A DNA stretch of 64,000 bases from an uncultured Rhodospirillales bacterium (GCA_913055735.1 CAJXKD010000002.1:984150-1048149); one strand, 5' to 3'; shown: positions 37,774-47,952, counted from the first letter of the stretch. Translations and numbers: made by a program. Notes: generated from the sequence alone by a model not told the origin.

Positions 37774-40127
37774 TCTGGCGTCTTGCTCTTGCCCTTGGGG
37801 CCTTTCTTCGGGCCGCGCTTGGGCTTACCGCCGCCCTCGGAGCCGCCCTTGCCGGCAGGTCCCTTGGGAAGCGCGGTCTTGGGATAATCGAAGGCGATCT
37901 CGTCGTCCTCAACCGTGACCAGCACCGTGCCGCCCTTAGAGAGCTTGCCGAACAGCAACTCTTCCGCCAGCGGCTTCTTGACGTGTTCCTGGATAATCCG
38001 CGCCAGAGGACGGGCACCGAACAGCTTGTCGTAGCCCTTTCTGGCCAGCCATTCGCGCGCCGCATCGTCGAGTTCGATGGTGACGTCACGGTCGCTGAGT
38101 TGAGCTTCCAGTTCCATGATGAACTTGTCCACCACACGGCTCATGACTTCCGGCGTCAAGTTGGCGAACGGAATAACCGCATCGAGGCGATTCCGGAATT
38201 CCGGGGTGAACATCCGTTCAATCGCTTCCTGATCGTCGCCGGTCCGTTCCTCACGCTCAAAACCGAAGGCCGGCTTGGCGAGGTCGGCGGCACCGGCATT
38301 CGTCGTCATGATCAGAACGACGTTCCGGAAATCGACCTTCTTGCCGTTGTGATCGGTCAGCTTGCCGTGGTCCATAACCTGCAACAGGATGTTGAACAGA
38401 TCGGGATGGGCCTTCTCGATTTCGTCGAGCAACAACACGCAATGAGGATGCTGATCGACCGCATCGGTCAGCAGACCGCCCTGATCGAAACCGACATAGC
38501 CGGGAGGCGCGCCGATCAACCGCGAAACGGTATGGCGCTCCATATATTCGGACATGTCGAAGCGGGTCAGCTCGATACCCAACGACCGCGACAACTGACG
38601 GGCGACCTCGGTCTTACCGACACCCGTCGGGCCCGAGAACAGATAGGCACCGATGGGCTTTTCCGGTTCGCGCAAGCCGGCGCGGGCCAGCTTGATGGCG
38701 CTGGCCAGTGCATCGATGGCGTTATCCTGACCGAAGACCATTGTCTTGAGGTCGCGCTCGAGATTGGCCAGCGACTTTTTGTCGTCGCGGGATACCGATT
38801 TCGGAGGAATGCGCGCGATCTTGGCGACCACGGCCTCCACATCCTTGACGCTGATTGTCTTGCGGCGCTTGCTTTCCGGCAAAAGCATCCGCGACGCGCC
38901 CACTTCGTCGAGCACGTCGATCGCCTTATCCGGCAATTTACGGTCATGAATATACCGCGCCGCCAGCTCAACCGCCTGACGGATCGCCTCGGACGTATAG
39001 CGCACCTGATGGTGCTTTTCGTAATACGGCTTGAGACCCCGCAGGATTTTCACCGCATCCTCGACCGATGGCTCGTTGACATCGATCTTCTGGAAACGCC
39101 GCACCAGGGCGCGATCCTTCTCGAAATAGCTGCGGTACTCCTTGTAGGTCGTCGACCCAATGCAGCGCAGCGATCCATTTTGCAGCGACGGCTTCAACAG
39201 GTTGGAGGCGTCCATCGACCCGCCCGACGTGGCCCCTGCTCCGATCACCGTATGAATCTCGTCGATGAACAGGATGCTGCCTTCGATCTGTTCGAGCTCC
39301 GTCAGCACCGCCTTGATGCGTTCTTCGAAATCGCCGCGATAGCGGGTTCCCGCCAGCAACGACCCCATATCGAGGGAATAGATGGTGGCGCGTTTCAAAA
39401 CATCAGGCACTTCGCCGTTGTAAATCCGGCGAGCCAACCCTTCAGCGATCGCCGTCTTGCCGACACCCGGGTCGCCCACATAAAGCGGATTGTTTTTCGT
39501 GCGGCGGCACAACACCTGGATGGTCCGCTCGATTTCCGCATCACGACCGATCAACGGATCGATCTTACCGTCCGCGGCTTTCTGATTGAGATTGACGCAG
39601 TAGCTCTCAAGAGCTTCGTGGCCCTTACGCACCACTTTTTCCTCGGCAGCCTCTTCGTCGGCACCGTGTACCGCCTGCGCGCTCGAATAACCGGGCACCT
39701 TGGCGATCCCATGGGAAATATAATTGACCGCATCCAGGCGCGTCATGTCATGCAGTTGCAGAAAGTAAACCGCATGCGCCTCGCGCTCCGAGAAGATCGC
39801 TACCAGGACATTGGCGCCGGTGACTTCCTCGCGGCCGGAAGACTGAACGTGAATGGCGGCACGCTGAACCACCCGCTGAAAGCTGGCGGTCGGCTTCGGT
39901 TCGGTCAATTTGCTGGTGACGAGATCGTTGAGTTCTTCGTCGATGAACTCCGTCAAGTCCTTGCGCAATTGCTCGATTTCGACGCCGCATGCGCGAAGAA
40001 CGGCTATGCTGTCCTGATCTTCAGTAAGGGCAAGAAGCAAATGCTCCAACGTCGCGTATTCGTGGTTACGCTCCGTCGCGAGTCCTAATGCCCGATGCAG
40101 ACTTTGTTCCAGATTACGAGACAACAT
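37761..40127 (-). CDS. clpA: ATP-dependent Clp protease ATP-binding subunit ClpA
   Basis: Clp_N repeat at the N-terminus and two AAA+ modules (Walker A GDPGVGKT and GPTGVGKT; Walker B LFIDEIH and LLLDEIEKAH). Follows clpS. Lys/Gly-rich tail. Confidence 0.96.
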   Translation of the reverse strand: MLSRNLEQSLHRALGLATERNHEYATLEHLLLALTEDQDSIAVLRACGVEIEQLRKDLTEFIDEELNDLVTSKLTEPKPTASFQRVVQRAAIHVQSSGREEVTGANVLVAIFSEREAHAVYFLQLHDMTRLDAVNYISHGIAKVPGYSSAQAVHGADEEAAEEKVVRKGHEALESYCVNLNQKAADGKIDPLIGRDAEIERTIQVLCRRTKNNPLYVGDPGVGKTAIAEGLARRIYNGEVPDVLKRATIYSLDMGSLLAGTRYRGDFEERIKAVLTELEQIEGSILFIDEIHTVIGAGATSGGSMDASNLLKPSLQNGSLRCIGSTTYKEYRSYFEKDRALVRRFQKIDVNEPSVEDAVKILRGLKPYYEKHHQVRYTSEAIRQAVELAARYIHDRKLPDKAIDVLDEVGASRMLLPESKRRKTISVKDVEAVVAKIARIPPKSVSRDDKKSLANLERDLKTMVFGQDNAIDALASAIKLARAGLREPEKPIGAYLFSGPTGVGKTEVARQLSRSLGIELTRFDMSEYMERHTVSRLIGAPPGYVGFDQGGLLTDAVDQHPHCVLLLDEIEKAHPDLFNILLQVMDHGKLTDHNGKKVDFRNVVLIMTTNAGAADLAKPAFGFEREERTGDDQEAIERMFTPEFRNRLDAVIPFANLTPEVMSRVVDKFIMELEAQLSDRDVTIELDDAAREWLARKGYDKLFGARPLARIIQEHVKKPLAEELLFGKLSKGGTVLVTVEDDEIAFDYPKTALPKGPAGKGGSEGGGKPKRGPKKGPKGKSKTPELVE

Positions 40128-40168
40128 GAGCCAGTCGGCCTTTTTTGTTAGAGTTCAAGTGGGTCGTT

Positions 40169-40537
40169 CTATTCCTTCTCGATCGTGCACTGCAGCGGAT
40201 GTTGGTGCTGTTGCGCCAGATCCATGGTTTGATTCACCTTCGTTTCAGCAACCTCGTAGGTATACACGCCGCAGATACCGACGCCCTTCTGGTGCACATG
40301 CAGCATGATGCGCGTCGCTTCTTCGTGGCTCTTGCTGAAAAACTGTTCCAATACATGGACAACGAATTCCATCGGGGTGTAGTCGTCATTCAGCATCAAG
40401 ACCTTGTACATCGAGGGCTTCTTGGTCTTGGCCCTACTTTTTACGACGACACCATTTTCCAGGTCGTCGTCCCCACCCGTTCTTTTATCGTCGTTTCGTT
40501 TCATAATCCTTGTTACGTCAGCTGAAATTTCCGGCAC
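40169..40537 (-). CDS. clpS: ATP-dependent Clp protease adaptor ClpS
   Basis: Core [27 protein letters not shown]....[12 protein letters not shown]...CGVYT.EVAETK is the ClpS signature. Start uncertain (GTG 40537 or ATG 40504). Confidence 0.92.
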   Translation of the reverse strand: MPEISADVTRIMKRNDDKRTGGDDDLENGVVVKSRAKTKKPSMYKVLMLNDDYTPMEFVVHVLEQFFSKSHEEATRIMLHVHQKGVGICGVYTYEVAETKVNQTMDLAQQHQHPLQCTIEKE

Positions 40538-40776
40538 CGAAGTTTTAGGCCATATTCCCTGGTCAATTTTCTAGACCAAAATTCGAGGCCAGGCTTTTCA
40601 CGAAGTCGCTGTCCAACTAATCAAAAAGAGTACCTGTAATATCCTAAAAGGCCAACCTATCCGGCTTCAAAATCAAAACATTCTACAGTTAAATATATTG
40701 ATTTTTCCCAACAGTGCAAAAGCCCAAAGGTTAACGTAATTGCCTGTAATTTCACGGCAATGGGCCGTTTTGAGCC

Positions 40777-41523
40777 CTACCGTAACCTGATCCGCGTGCG
40801 GTTCAGGCCATCGCTATCTACCTTAACCTCAAATAGATTTATGTGCTCTTGCGAATCATTCGTACCATATATGCTGAATTCGCTGGTCACACGGGGGGGA
40901 TTTACCGGGATTCCTGTTTTGTCCCAGGAGGCTAAAAGTCCCGGAAACGTAAGGGATTTGAACCGATCGCTAGGCCACAGGAAGGCATTAAATCGGTATT
41001 TTCCGTCATGGCAGGCGGAGAGAACCCAATAGAACTGGATAGAGGACATCCGAAGCCCCACCGGCGGAGGGCCGAAAACCCCATCTTTTTCGAGTGCTGC
41101 CCGCAATAAATCCAGCTGGGAATGGCCAAAGGGGATCCGGACCACCACCGGACGCCATGGCTTGAGGAGATCGGGCCTCCGGGCCTCCAGTTCGACATGG
41201 CTCAGATCGGCCGGCAAGGAGACGCTGGATACCATGGCATAGGCATCTCCGTCCCCTTCTTGGCGAATCTCATAGGATCTGACCTGCTCTATATAGACCC
41301 CATTATAGACCAGCCTATACCAATCGGAGGCCCCGGAAGCGCAGGCTTCCCTAATATCGTCTCCGTCCAGATAACCGAACCAGGTCAATTTCCGAAGGAT
41401 CGGATTGTCCGTCTCCTGGTGGTACGTACAACCCACAAGGAGCAAAAAAACCGCCGTAATTGGGGCTTTAATCGCCGCGCGGCGACCCCACATTAAGAGT
41501 TTATTGAGCGCAATCCGAGACAT
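40777..41523 (-). CDS. hypothetical lipoprotein
   Basis: 248 aa with lipobox LLLVGC|T after a signal-like segment. No motif recognised. Lies in a locally AT-richer stretch between clpS and the carboxypeptidase gene. Confidence 0.5.
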   Translation of the reverse strand: MSRIALNKLLMWGRRAAIKAPITAVFLLLVGCTYHQETDNPILRKLTWFGYLDGDDIREACASGASDWYRLVYNGVYIEQVRSYEIRQEGDGDAYAMVSSVSLPADLSHVELEARRPDLLKPWRPVVVRIPFGHSQLDLLRAALEKDGVFGPPPVGLRMSSIQFYWVLSACHDGKYRFNAFLWPSDRFKSLTFPGLLASWDKTGIPVNPPRVTSEFSIYGTNDSQEHINLFEVKVDSDGLNRTRIRLR

Positions 41524-41703
41524 TGATCACCTGCTGCTTCGCCCGCCCGGCGGACCGATTTCACGCCAGCTTCCGCGGCATTCGGGCACGCTGATATAGG
41601 AACGGCGACAGCGGATAGACAACGTGATCTTAATTCCCTACCTTCAAAATCAGGTTAGCGGATAATCCGGACTGTCGCAAAAGGGGCGAATGGAGGCCAA
41701 TTG

Positions 41704-42942
41704 ATGACGCGTGGGAACCGATCCCCTCTTGGGATGATCGCCCTTTTTGTGGGCACCATGATCGTCACGCTCTCTCTGGCGTCGCCCCTTCAGGCCAAAT
41801 ACGCCTCCTTCATTCTGGACGCGGACACGGGCGAAGTCCATCACTCGGTCAACGCGCAAACCAGGAACTATCCCGCCTCACTCACCAAAATGATGACCCT
41901 TTATCTGCTGTTCGAAGCCTTGGATACGGGTAAGGTCAATATGAACACACGGTTTGCCGTCTCGGCGCGTGCCGCACGGCAACCTGCATCTCACCTCGGG
42001 CTTCGGGCGGGACAATCGATTACGGTCGAGCAAGCCATTCTCGCGCTAATCGTCAAATCAGCAAACGATGTCGCCACGGTCGTCGCCGAGGCGCTGGGCG
42101 GCAGCGAACGCAAATTCGCGCTGGTGATGACCGCGACCGCCCGCAAGATCGGCATGGACCGAACGACCTTCCGCAATGCATCGGGGTTGCCGCATCGCGG
42201 ACAACTGTCGACAGCCGAAGATATGGCCGCGCTCGCCCGCGCGCTCCTCAATCGCTTCCCGCACTACTATCATTACTTCAGCCGCCCGACTTTCACCTAT
42301 AACGGACACACTTTCCGCACCCACAACAGGTTGTTGAAACGATATGGTGGCGTCGACGGTTTGAAGACGGGATATATCCGAGCGTCGGGCTTCAACATCG
42401 TGACATCGATCCGCCGCAACGGACAACGTCTTATCGGCGTCGTGTTCGGCGGTAAGACGGCACGCAAACGCGATTACCATATGGTGGCTCTGTTCGACAA
42501 AGTGTTCCTCGAACAGCGCCGTGCCCGCGCCGCCGCGCAGTTGGCAGCTGCGAATATCCGCCCCGGACAGAAACCGGAGGTGGTCGCGGAGACGAAACCC
42601 GCCCCCCGCCGGCAAGTACGGCAGGTAGCGTCGGCAACGCCGACGAACTCCTCGGGCTCGGTTTGGGGTATCCAGGTCGGCGCCTATTACAAGAAAGAGC
42701 CGGCTCTCGCCGCTGCCTACAAGGCCCTCAATCAGTTGGGAACTTTGGCCGACGGCGGCGAGGTGACTGTTATGCCGCTCAAAAAGTCCCGCGGACGGGT
42801 TCTCTATCGCGCCCGGATCATCGGCTTGGGACGGCGTGACGTCTATCGTGCCTGCCGGCTCCTGAAGCGCCAGAAGACCGGGTGCCTGGAATTGAGGTTG
42901 CCACCCGACGTGGAATTCGCCTCCACCGGCTCGTCTTCCTGA
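41704..42942 (+). CDS. D-alanyl-D-alanine carboxypeptidase (S11, PBP5/6-like) with C-terminal SPOR domain
   Basis: SxxK active site (YPASLTKMMT), SxN (VKSAND) and KTG (LKTGY). The C-terminal ~80 aa are SPOR-like (WGIQVGAY....A......L........V.........YRARI.GL....A..AC..L). GGAGG lies 8 nt upstream of ATG 41704. Confidence 0.85.
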   Translation: MTRGNRSPLGMIALFVGTMIVTLSLASPLQAKYASFILDADTGEVHHSVNAQTRNYPASLTKMMTLYLLFEALDTGKVNMNTRFAVSARAARQPASHLGLRAGQSITVEQAILALIVKSANDVATVVAEALGGSERKFALVMTATARKIGMDRTTFRNASGLPHRGQLSTAEDMAALARALLNRFPHYYHYFSRPTFTYNGHTFRTHNRLLKRYGGVDGLKTGYIRASGFNIVTSIRRNGQRLIGVVFGGKTARKRDYHMVALFDKVFLEQRRARAAAQLAAANIRPGQKPEVVAETKPAPRRQVRQVASATPTNSSGSVWGIQVGAYYKKEPALAAAYKALNQLGTLADGGEVTVMPLKKSRGRVLYRARIIGLGRRDVYRACRLLKRQKTGCLELRLPPDVEFASTGSSS

Positions 42943-42952
42943 TCGCTTCCGT

Positions 42953-43378
42953 CTATTTACCCAACGTTTCGACCCAACGCGCGACGCCTGTCAGATAACG
43001 GCGCCTGTGGCGTAACTGCCATTGCCGCAGATCCCAGGGTTCGTCGCTCGCCGGCAATCTGCCCGTCCCCATAAAGACCAATGCCGGCCGCTGGCGCCGA
43101 TCCCGGGTCGCCACGTCCCGTATCTCGGCAGTGTAGCCATCATCTTCGAACTGGTGAATTCGGTGTGCTTCCGGCTCACGCAAGCCGGCGACGAACACCC
43201 CCTCGGCGGCTTCGCCGGGTGCCTCGATCAGAACGGGAAAAAGCCGGCCGGTCACGTATTGTGCGGTATATCCAGACAAGGTCGCCGGACGCAGGCGGGT
43301 CAGCGGCATGCGCCGCCCGGTCACCAAAGAAAGCACCAAGGGATCAGACAGCGTGCCGTAGAAAAAATAGTCGGCCAT
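42953..43378 (-). CDS. gamma-glutamylcyclotransferase-like (AIG2/GGCT fold) protein
   Basis: MADYFFYGTLSDP...L.GY......G..FP.L is GGCT-like. Start set at ATG 43378. The longer ORF (to 43552) would overlap the 3' end of the upstream phosphomannomutase gene and adds only Arg-rich junk. Confidence 0.65.
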   Translation of the reverse strand: MADYFFYGTLSDPLVLSLVTGRRMPLTRLRPATLSGYTAQYVTGRLFPVLIEAPGEAAEGVFVAGLREPEAHRIHQFEDDGYTAEIRDVATRDRRQRPALVFMGTGRLPASDEPWDLRQWQLRHRRRYLTGVARWVETLGK

Positions 43379-43407
43379 CGGTCCGCTCCGTTGAGACGGC
43401 CGCCGGA

Positions 43408-44811
43408 CTAGGCGAATTCCGACGGCGGTGTAATGCCGCTGGCTTTCAGTTGGTCCGCGACGGCGGCTTTCAATCGGCCAAGCCCCGCTTCGTCTTCCGC
43501 CTCGCAGCGCGCGACGAGCACGGCCTGTGTGTTGGACGCCCGCAGCAGCCACCAGCCGTCCTCGGTCTCCACCCGCACGCCATCGATATCGTGAACCGTA
43601 ACGCCGGTTTCCTTTTTTAGCCGGTCCCGCACCTCATCGATGATCGCGAACTTACGGTCTTCCGAACAATCGAACCGCAGTTCCGGCGTATTGACCATCT
43701 GGGGCAGCGCATCGCGGATATCGGCGAGACTCTGGCCCGCATTGGCCAATATGGACATCAGCCGGACGGCAGCAAAGATGGCATCGTCATAGCCGTAATA
43801 CCCGTCGGCAAAGAAGATATGGCCACTCATCTCGCCCGCGAGCGGCGAACCGGTTTCCGCCATTTTCGTTTTGATCAGGGAATGTCCCGCTTTCCACATT
43901 AGGGGCTTGCCGCCGGCTTTGGCGATTTCATCGAATAGCACCTGGCTTGCCTTCACGTCTGCGATGATGGTCGCACCGGGATTGCGGGACAGAACGTCGC
44001 GGGCCAACAGGACCATGATCTGGTCGCCCCAGAGCACGCGTCCCTTGGAATCGATCACGCCGATACGGTCGCCGTCGCCGTCGAACGCGAGGCCGAGATC
44101 GCATTGCTCGCGGAGCACGACCGCACGCAGTTGCTCGAGATTCTTTTCCACCGTTGGATCTGGATGGTGGGCGGGAAAAGTCCCGTCGATCACCTCGTTG
44201 ATCAGCACGTGGGTGTGTGGCAAGCGGCGGACGAGTTTCTGCACGATATCGCCGCTTGCCCCGTTGCCGGGATCCCAAGCCACCCGCAGCGGCAGTCCGA
44301 GGGAAAACCCCGCAAGAAGCCGGTCAACGTAAGCATCGGCGATATCCTGATCCGATACGGCCCCCTGCCCCTCGGCAAAATTGCCAGCCGCAATGCGTTT
44401 TCCAAGCGCCTGAATATCGTCGCCGTAAAACGCCTTGCCCTGAAGGACCATCTTGATGCCGTTGTATTCGGCTGGATTGTGCGACCCGGTGATCATCATA
44501 CCGCCGTCCACATCCAACTTATGCGTAGCGAAATACAGCATGGGGGTCGGGCCGCGCCCGATACGGATGACATCGGCGCCGCTTTGGGTAAGTCCGTCCA
44601 CCAGCGCGTCGGCCAGCTCCGGTGAACTCAAGCGCCCGTCATAGCCGACGGCGATACGCGGCGCGGTGCCCGTCTCGCCGGCCACCGTGGCAAATGCCCG
44701 GCCGACGGCACGAACGTCTTCGACATGCAACGTTTGTCCGACGACACCGCGAATGTCGTACTCGCGAAGGATCGTGGAATCCAATTGCCGGCCCTTGCTC
44801 ATCTTACCCAC
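43408..44811 (-). CDS. phosphomannomutase/phosphoglucomutase (alpha-D-phosphohexomutase family)
   Basis: Active-site loop MITGSHNPAEYNG, Mg loop FDGDGDR and sugar-binding GEMSGH. 467 aa. Confidence 0.92.
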   Translation of the reverse strand: MGKMSKGRQLDSTILREYDIRGVVGQTLHVEDVRAVGRAFATVAGETGTAPRIAVGYDGRLSSPELADALVDGLTQSGADVIRIGRGPTPMLYFATHKLDVDGGMMITGSHNPAEYNGIKMVLQGKAFYGDDIQALGKRIAAGNFAEGQGAVSDQDIADAYVDRLLAGFSLGLPLRVAWDPGNGASGDIVQKLVRRLPHTHVLINEVIDGTFPAHHPDPTVEKNLEQLRAVVLREQCDLGLAFDGDGDRIGVIDSKGRVLWGDQIMVLLARDVLSRNPGATIIADVKASQVLFDEIAKAGGKPLMWKAGHSLIKTKMAETGSPLAGEMSGHIFFADGYYGYDDAIFAAVRLMSILANAGQSLADIRDALPQMVNTPELRFDCSEDRKFAIIDEVRDRLKKETGVTVHDIDGVRVETEDGWWLLRASNTQAVLVARCEAEDEAGLGRLKAAVADQLKASGITPPSEFA

Positions 44812-44827
44812 CTACGCCCCTATGCGC

Positions 44828-46153
44828 CTAACTGGCTTCCCGGGACACCGGCGGACGGCCGACACTCACATAGTCGAAGCCGGCGGCCTCCATGTCGGCC
44901 GGGTCGTAGATGTTCCGATAGTCGACCATGCGCGGCGCGGCCATGAGCGACTTAACCCGTTCCAAGTCCAGCGCCCGGAACTCATTCCATTCGGTGACAA
45001 TGGCCACGACATCGGCTCCGGTTACGGCGTCATAGGAGTTCTCGCACCAAATAACACCTTCCAGGAGCTTCTTCGCTTCATCCATCCCCTGCGGGTCAAA
45101 CGCCCGGACCTTTGCCCCGCGATTGAACAGAGACGGAATAATTTCCAGGCTCGGCGAATCCCGCATGTCGTCGGTATTGGGCTTGAAAGTCAGCCCAAGG
45201 ACGGCCACCACCTTCCCCTCCAGTCTGCCGCCGCAGATTTCCGATATCTTGCCGGACATACTTTTCTTGCGCCGATCGTTCACGTCCACGACGGTTTCGA
45301 CAATGCGCATGGGGCTTTTGGCATCCTGCGCAGTGCGCACAAGCGCCAAGGTATCCTTGGGGAAACAGGAGCCGCCGTAGCCCGGCCCGGCATGGAGGAA
45401 CTTGCGGCCGATGCGCCCATCGAGCCCGATCCCCCGCGCCACGTCCTGAACATTCGCGCCGAGGGTTTCACAAAGGTCCGCAATTTCGTTGATGAAGGTG
45501 ATCTTGGTCGCAAGAAACGTATTGGCGGCATATTTGATCAACTCCGCCGTCCGCCGCTGCGTGAAGATGATCGGCGTTTCGATCAAATAAAGGGGACGGT
45601 AAAGAGCGCGCATGACTTCGCAGGCACGTTCCGACGACGATCCGATCACGACACGGTCCGGCCGCATGAAATCGGTAATCGCCGAACCTTCGCGCAGGAA
45701 TTCGGGGTTCGAGACGACATCGAATTCGGCATCCGGCCGCACCCGGCGGACAATCTTTTCCACCTCGTCTCCGGTGCCTACCGGCACCGTCGATTTGGTG
45801 ACGATGACGGTGTACCCATCCATCGCCTCCGCGATCTCTTTCGCGGCGTCGAAAACATATGTCAGGTCGGCATGGCCATCGCCCCTGCGGCTCGGCGTTC
45901 CGACGGCGATAAACACCGCATCCGCCCCGCGCACCGCGGCCAGCAGGTCAGTAGTGAATGACAAACGGCCCGCCCGTGCGTTCGATTCGACGAGGCTGTC
46001 CAACTCGGGCTCATATATAGGAATTTCGCCGGCGTTAAGCTTGGCGATTTTGTCCGCGTCCTTGTCTACGCAGACGACATCGACCCCGAATTCCGAGAAA
46101 CAAGCGCCCGACACCAACCCCACATAACCGGTGCCGATCATCGCTACTCGCAT
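44828..46153 (-). CDS. ugd: UDP-glucose 6-dehydrogenase
   Basis: N-terminal Rossmann MRVAMIGTGYVGLVSGACFSEFG, catalytic GGSCFPKD and a C-terminal UDP-binding domain. 441 aa. Confidence 0.93.
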   Translation of the reverse strand: MRVAMIGTGYVGLVSGACFSEFGVDVVCVDKDADKIAKLNAGEIPIYEPELDSLVESNARAGRLSFTTDLLAAVRGADAVFIAVGTPSRRGDGHADLTYVFDAAKEIAEAMDGYTVIVTKSTVPVGTGDEVEKIVRRVRPDAEFDVVSNPEFLREGSAITDFMRPDRVVIGSSSERACEVMRALYRPLYLIETPIIFTQRRTAELIKYAANTFLATKITFINEIADLCETLGANVQDVARGIGLDGRIGRKFLHAGPGYGGSCFPKDTLALVRTAQDAKSPMRIVETVVDVNDRRKKSMSGKISEICGGRLEGKVVAVLGLTFKPNTDDMRDSPSLEIIPSLFNRGAKVRAFDPQGMDEAKKLLEGVIWCENSYDAVTGADVVAIVTEWNEFRALDLERVKSLMAAPRMVDYRNIYDPADMEAAGFDYVSVGRPPVSREAS

Positions 46154-46193
46154 ATCTTATCCTTTTTTTGTTCGACTGTGCGCCTGTACACGC

Positions 46194-47060
46194 TCAAAGG
46201 TTTTTGAGCATATCCCGAATTTGATTCCGCATATTTTCCCGTGCGAGCGCAAACGCGACATTGGCTTCAATGAAACCGAAATGATTGCCGCAATCGAACC
46301 GGCGCCCGTCAAAGCGCATGCCGTGAAACGGGATTTTCGATATCGTCTTGGCCATGGCGTCGGTCAGCTGAATTTCGCCCCCCGCGCCTTTTTCCTGCTT
46401 GTCCAACTCCTGGAACACTTCCGGCTGCAGAATGTAGCGGCCGATAATAGACAGGGTTGAAGGCGCATCGGCGGGCTTCGGCTTTTCCACCAGGCCTTGC
46501 GCACGGGCGAGGCGGCCGTCGTCCTCAGTGACATCGAGCACACCGTACCGGTCGGTCTGATCCCGCGGCACATCTTCAACGGCCACCAAATTGCCCCCGA
46601 TTTCGTTGTAGGTCTCCACCATCTGCGCGAGGCAACCTGGTTGCGCCATAATCAGGTCATCGGCGAGCAAAACCGCAAACGGCTCATCACCGACCAACCG
46701 GCGCGCACACCAGACGGCGTGACCAAGGCCCAACGGCTTCTGCTGACGGGTATAAGCGATCCGTCCCGGTTCCAAATTCATCTCGCGGACGGCGGCAAGC
46801 GCATCCGTCTTACCGCTCTCCTCCAACGATCGTTCCAATTCGGCAGAGGTGTCGAAATGGTCTTCGATGGCGGTTTTCGCCCGGCCCGTGACGAATATAA
46901 TCTCTTCGATACCCGCCGCCCGCGCCTCGTCGACGGCGTATTGGATCAGCGGCCGATCGACGATGGGCAGCATTTCCTTGGGCATTGCCTTGGTCGCGGG
47001 AAGAAACCGAGTACCTTGTCCGGCAACCGGAAACACCGCCTTCTTAACTGACTTGATCAT
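46194..47060 (-). CDS. galU: UTP--glucose-1-phosphate uridylyltransferase
   Basis: KAVFPVAGQGTRFLPATKAMPKEMLPIVDRPLIQY...LLADD...VEKP are canonical GalU motifs. 288 aa. Confidence 0.93.
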   Translation of the reverse strand: MIKSVKKAVFPVAGQGTRFLPATKAMPKEMLPIVDRPLIQYAVDEARAAGIEEIIFVTGRAKTAIEDHFDTSAELERSLEESGKTDALAAVREMNLEPGRIAYTRQQKPLGLGHAVWCARRLVGDEPFAVLLADDLIMAQPGCLAQMVETYNEIGGNLVAVEDVPRDQTDRYGVLDVTEDDGRLARAQGLVEKPKPADAPSTLSIIGRYILQPEVFQELDKQEKGAGGEIQLTDAMAKTISKIPFHGMRFDGRRFDCGNHFGFIEANVAFALARENMRNQIRDMLKNL

Positions 47061-47190
47061 AGGACTCCATCGATGCCCAGCAGCGGGGCCTGGTGAATTT
47101 GGCTGTTTTTGCCACAGGCACCGGACTTGGGCAAGGCGGGCGGTAACCGCCCCCTCGGTGTCACACTACCGCAACATTTGAAAATCCCTA

Positions 47191-47952
47191 TTAATCAGGC
47201 TTGTAATAACTGCCGGGAATTACGGGGATCGCCTCGGGATCAGCCTTTTCCGCGGCCGCACGTTTCTCCGACAAGCCCTTAAAATCGGCGACGGCCTGAG
47301 GCCCGGCCTGCTCAAGCCCGGCCATGAATTTCTTCCGGTCGCGGGGGCTCCAAGAGGCTCGCTCCGTATAGAACGGCACCCATTGATTCTTGATACGGTT
47401 CGTCTGGAAATCGATGGCCCCTTCGAGCGCTTCTTCGACATCGCCGAGAGCGGTCCAAGCGGCCTTATAAAATACGAACCCGCCGCGGCCGATAATCCAG
47501 GTCATGTTCGGCGCGGACCCAAAAGCCTGGTGGGCGCCACCATCCAAACCATCGAGCAGTATCTGACGACGGACACCGAACCGCTCCTTGAAGGCGCGGG
47601 CATTGGCGCGCTTGCCGTCCATCGAGGTATGGTGGCGAAAATTTTCGCCCGGATGAGCTTCCCGCGTATAGATGAATACCGAGCGCACGGCTTGGTCCGC
47701 ATAACGGTCGGCGAGGTCTTCCATGGCCTCCGCCGCCATCGCGCAATAGGGTCAGGTGATCGAGCCGAACTCGATCAGCGCGATACCCTTTGTCCAAAGT
47801 TCCCTCATCTCGACGGTTTCACCGGTCTCCAAGTCTTCGAGAGGAAACGACGGTGCCCGCATAGTGGCCTTTGGCGCCACATGCGCGAATTCTTCGAACT
47901 CTTCGAGATCCACATAAAAGACGCTGTAATTATATTCCTCAGCCGTCTTCAT
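47191..47952 (-). CDS. deiodinase-like thioredoxin-fold selenoprotein (in-frame TGA at 47754-47752 read as Sec, codon 67)
   Basis: Track ORFs 47752..48018 and 47191..47739 are in the same frame, separated only by TGA CCC TAT TGC GCG. The joined protein reads ...GIALIEFGSIT-U-PYCAMAAEAMEDLADRYADQAVRSVFIYTREAHPGENF. This matches the iodothyronine-deiodinase family active site FGS.T-U-P and the downstream Y..EAHP motif. AGGAGG lies 8 nt before ATG 47952. Confidence 0.7.
47709..47735 (-). promoter_or_regulatory. candidate bacterial SECIS hairpin
   Basis: mRNA positions 20-46 after the U of UGA read CGGC-G-GAGG [CCAUGGAAGA] CCUC-GCCG. That is an 8-bp stem with one bulged G and a GG in the 10-nt apical loop about 30 nt from the UGA, within the usual bSECIS window. 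Confidence 0.45.

Noticed and set aside
37722-40088. 788-aa ORF on the + strand exactly mirroring clpA
   Set aside because: Antisense shadow ORF typical of GC-rich DNA. The protein is low-complexity and Arg/Leu/Gly-rich with no motif, while the minus-strand frame is an unmistakable ClpA.
42953-43552. Full 199-aa ORF for the GGCT-like gene
   Set aside because: The first 58 codons are Arg-rich, overlap the 3' end of the phosphomannomutase gene and precede a clean MADYFFYGTL start. I used ATG 43378 instead.
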